Source of the DNA: Terriglobia bacterium
GTDB lineage: Bacteria; Acidobacteriota; Terriglobia; 20CM-2-55-15
DNA length: 64,000 bases
Assembly: GCA_965218585.1 (NCBI GenBank)
Contig: CBDCLE010000023.1
Location: 1-64,000, forward strand
Direction: 5' to 3'
Shown here: positions 61,865 to 64,000 of the stretch, one piece after another
Layout of the letters: every line of letters begins with the position of its first letter
Numbering within the stretch: the first letter of the stretch is position 1
The notes under the pieces: generated by a model
What the model was told of the DNA's origin: nothing
Seen by the model: the letters and a program-made list of their open reading frames with translations, nothing else
Databases searched by the model: none
Program-made: the position numbers and the translations under genes

Positions 61865-63268
61865 TTACCGTTCCAGCAAATCCGCCGGAGTCTGACCCTC
61901 GTCGTTTTCGATCGTCATCGAGGCTCCGAAGGCGACGAGTGCATCATAGATGCTCTGAGCTCCATTCGACGCAGCAAGATGCAGGGGAGTATTCCCGGTT
62001 CCCCGATCCACGGTATCGACACGGGCACCCGCCGCAAGCAGCGCCTTTGCCATTTCAAATCGGGCAGGCAGATCCCTGAGCGGGCGCCTCCGACCGCCGG
62101 GACCCGGGGCCCCACCGCCGAGGACGGCTAACAGCGGCGTGACACCGAGTTCAGTCTGGATCGAGGGGTATGCTCCGGCTTCAACAAGCAAGCTTACAGC
62201 CTCCGGACTCGCGATGGTGGTCGCCAGATACAGCGGGGTTGCACCAGCGGCGATCCTGGCCCCGTAACCCCGATGACGCGCAATCCTCTTCGTGTATGTT
62301 TGATTCGGATCCGCACCGGCATCCAGAAGCCGCTCCAACGTGATCAGCGCATTTCCCTTATCGGTTGTTGCGCCTAGCCTCTGGGCGTAGTTGATCGCAT
62401 CCACGGCAAGATACAACGCACCGTCATCCAGATTCGCGCCGGATTCGATCATCGAAGCTACGAAGTCGGCCTGTTGATTTGCGACCGCCGTCTGCAACGG
62501 CGTGTATCCGTATGCCTCCTCCTCAATGGTCATGTCGGCTCCGGCCGCGATCAGTTCAGCCCCGGCTTCGACATGCCCGGCCCGGGCCGCAAAATGAAGC
62601 GCCGTAAAGCTTCCCGCGGTCCTGTCGTTTCTTCCCATACCCGCCAGGGCCCGCCCGACGTCCGGATGCTCAAAGTAGCTCGTGACCTGATCGGTATCCG
62701 CACCGTTCTCAATCAGCATCTTGACGACCGGTGCATGGCCCTGGGAAGCAGCAAACATCAGCGCGCTCTGTCCCCATGCGTTTTCGATCGGTCGGACTTC
62801 CGTTCCGGCGTCGAGCAACATCTGGACAACTTCGGTGTTCCCCACACGAGCCGCAGCCATCAAAGGCGTTTCGCCTGATTCGAAAGCCGGTGCGTTCACA
62901 TCCGCTCCAGCATCGACGAGCACCTCGACCATCTCCCGATTGCCCAGCGTAATCGCCTCGTGGAGCGGGCCCACGTTGAAGCGATTCACGAGATTCGGAT
63001 CTGCACCTGCATCAAGCAACAGCATCGTGGCGTCGATGTCATCGCCGAATGCAGCCCACGCCAATGCCGAAGTGGTGTCGCCACCCACCTCATTCGGATC
63101 CGCGCCCGTGTCAAGAAGTCGACGGACTTGGTCCAGATCCCCGGACCGGACCGCAGTGACCAGTTCCGTGTTGCCGGGGCCGATCGAACTCTGGGCCGAC
63201 AGCGGAGTCACAACGCCCACGGCTCCGATCATCAAGACCGTCATAAACAGAATCGTGTAGTTACGCAT
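61865..63268 (-). CDS. Secreted ankyrin-repeat protein
   Basis: Signal peptide; repeated G.TPL..AA...LL..GAD.N motifs. Confidence 0.92.
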   Translation of the reverse strand: MRNYTILFMTVLMIGAVGVVTPLSAQSSIGPGNTELVTAVRSGDLDQVRRLLDTGADPNEVGGDTTSALAWAAFGDDIDATMLLLDAGADPNLVNRFNVGPLHEAITLGNREMVEVLVDAGADVNAPAFESGETPLMAAARVGNTEVVQMLLDAGTEVRPIENAWGQSALMFAASQGHAPVVKMLIENGADTDQVTSYFEHPDVGRALAGMGRNDRTAGSFTALHFAARAGHVEAGAELIAAGADMTIEEEAYGYTPLQTAVANQQADFVASMIESGANLDDGALYLAVDAINYAQRLGATTDKGNALITLERLLDAGADPNQTYTKRIARHRGYGARIAAGATPLYLATTIASPEAVSLLVEAGAYPSIQTELGVTPLLAVLGGGAPGPGGRRRPLRDLPARFEMAKALLAAGARVDTVDRGTGNTPLHLAASNGAQSIYDALVAFGASMTIENDEGQTPADLLER

Positions 63269-63297
63269 GTTTTTCTCCCGACAGCAGTAATCGATTC

Positions 63298-64000
63298 CTA
63301 GAGAGGAACAACGACATCTGTACTCTGGTTTTCCGCAGCCCCGAACGAATCGACCTCGACGCCGGCCAGATTCTGCATCGCCACGTGCAGATTCGAAATC
63401 GGCACCATTTCATCGAAGAACGGAATCCCGGGAATGTTCTCTTCCGCAGCCATTCGCCCCATCTGGATATGCCGATCTCCGCGGAGTTTTCCCGCTCCGC
63501 CGCCGACGAGCAGCACTGGCATGTTCATGTGATCGTGGACCTGGGAGTTGCTCATTCCCGCGCCGTACATGATCACAATCGAATCGAGCAGGTTGCCATC
63601 GCCCTCTGGTGTCGACTTCAACTTATTCACGAACCGCTCGAACAGGCTCATGTGGTAAGCGTCGATCCGCGCCTTCATCTCCATCCTCTCCGGCAAATAA
63701 CCGTGGTGCGACACCGGATGGTGGGGATCCGGAACGCCGAACTCAGGATAGGTCTGGCCGCTCAGTTCCCGCGCCAGCATGTACGACGTGACACGCGTCA
63801 GATCGCCCTGGAACGCCAGCGCCTGCAACTCGAACATCATGTCGATCTGTTGTTCAAACCCCAGGACATCAACCGGCACTTCGGGCGCCTCAAGATTTCT
63901 CGACTGTCGCTGCTCTTCGCCCCGAACCAACTGGCGCTCTACCGTACGGACATTCTCCATGTACTGATCCACTCGCGCGCGGTCTGAAGAGCCCAGCTCA
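63298..64000 (-). CDS. DUF1552-domain protein (5' end beyond the window)
   Basis: MFELQALAFQGDLTRV, HHPVSHH, EGDGNLLD, GAGMSNS..H...P.LLVGG. Confidence 0.8.
   Translation of the reverse strand, partial: ELGSSDRARVDQYMENVRTVERQLVRGEEQRQSRNLEAPEVPVDVLGFEQQIDMMFELQALAFQGDLTRVTSYMLARELSGQTYPEFGVPDPHHPVSHHGYLPERMEMKARIDAYHMSLFERFVNKLKSTPEGDGNLLDSIVIMYGAGMSNSQVHDHMNMPVLLVGGGAGKLRGDRHIQMGRMAAEENIPGIPFFDEMVPISNLHVAMQNLAGVEVDSFGAAENQSTDVVVPL

Noticed and set aside
1-64000. CRISPR array or cas genes
   Set aside because: No regularly spaced repeat-spacer array was seen; all repeats are dispersed

Overview
GC-rich bacterial chromosome segment. The gene content (Oar-type TonB-dependent receptor, many PQQ-like/BamB-type beta-propellers, DUF1552 plus ankyrin pair) suggests an Acidobacteriota-like organism; this is inference only. 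The left third holds B12 and F420 metabolism: a CoA-transferase/thiolase/highly divergent acyl-CoA-mutase/crotonase operon with a separate B12-binding subunit, cofC-cofE-npdG, cofG-cofH, an F420-type LLM oxidoreductase, two meaB genes and a canonical scpA-pccB-pccA-meaB-mce operon. The middle holds four tandem secreted beta-propellers, a TonB-dependent receptor, S9 and M14 peptidases, a gamma-glutamyltransferase (GGT), an SNF transporter and an amidohydrolase. The right part holds an operon with an EhpF-like adenylating enzyme, an ALDH-fold reductase, a CxxC-bearing GT4, a MacB-type ABC exporter and a beta-propeller interrupted by a 1860-bp IS, then TetR/DoxX, a second aryl-sulfate sulfotransferase, an ankyrin protein and a partial DUF1552 gene. 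Two type II TA loci, a tRNA 5'-half remnant and five copies of an ~80-95-nt double-hairpin intergenic repeat with compensatory base changes are also present. Several genes carry frameshifts or stops, which may be sequencing error and/or real decay. Best candidates for novelty: (1) the mutase whose CoA-tunnel residues are replaced, (2) the orphan EhpF/EhpG-like + GT4 + ABC + propeller system, (3) the covarying AGGAT-loop repeat. All family assignments come from recognising motifs by eye; no database search was run.
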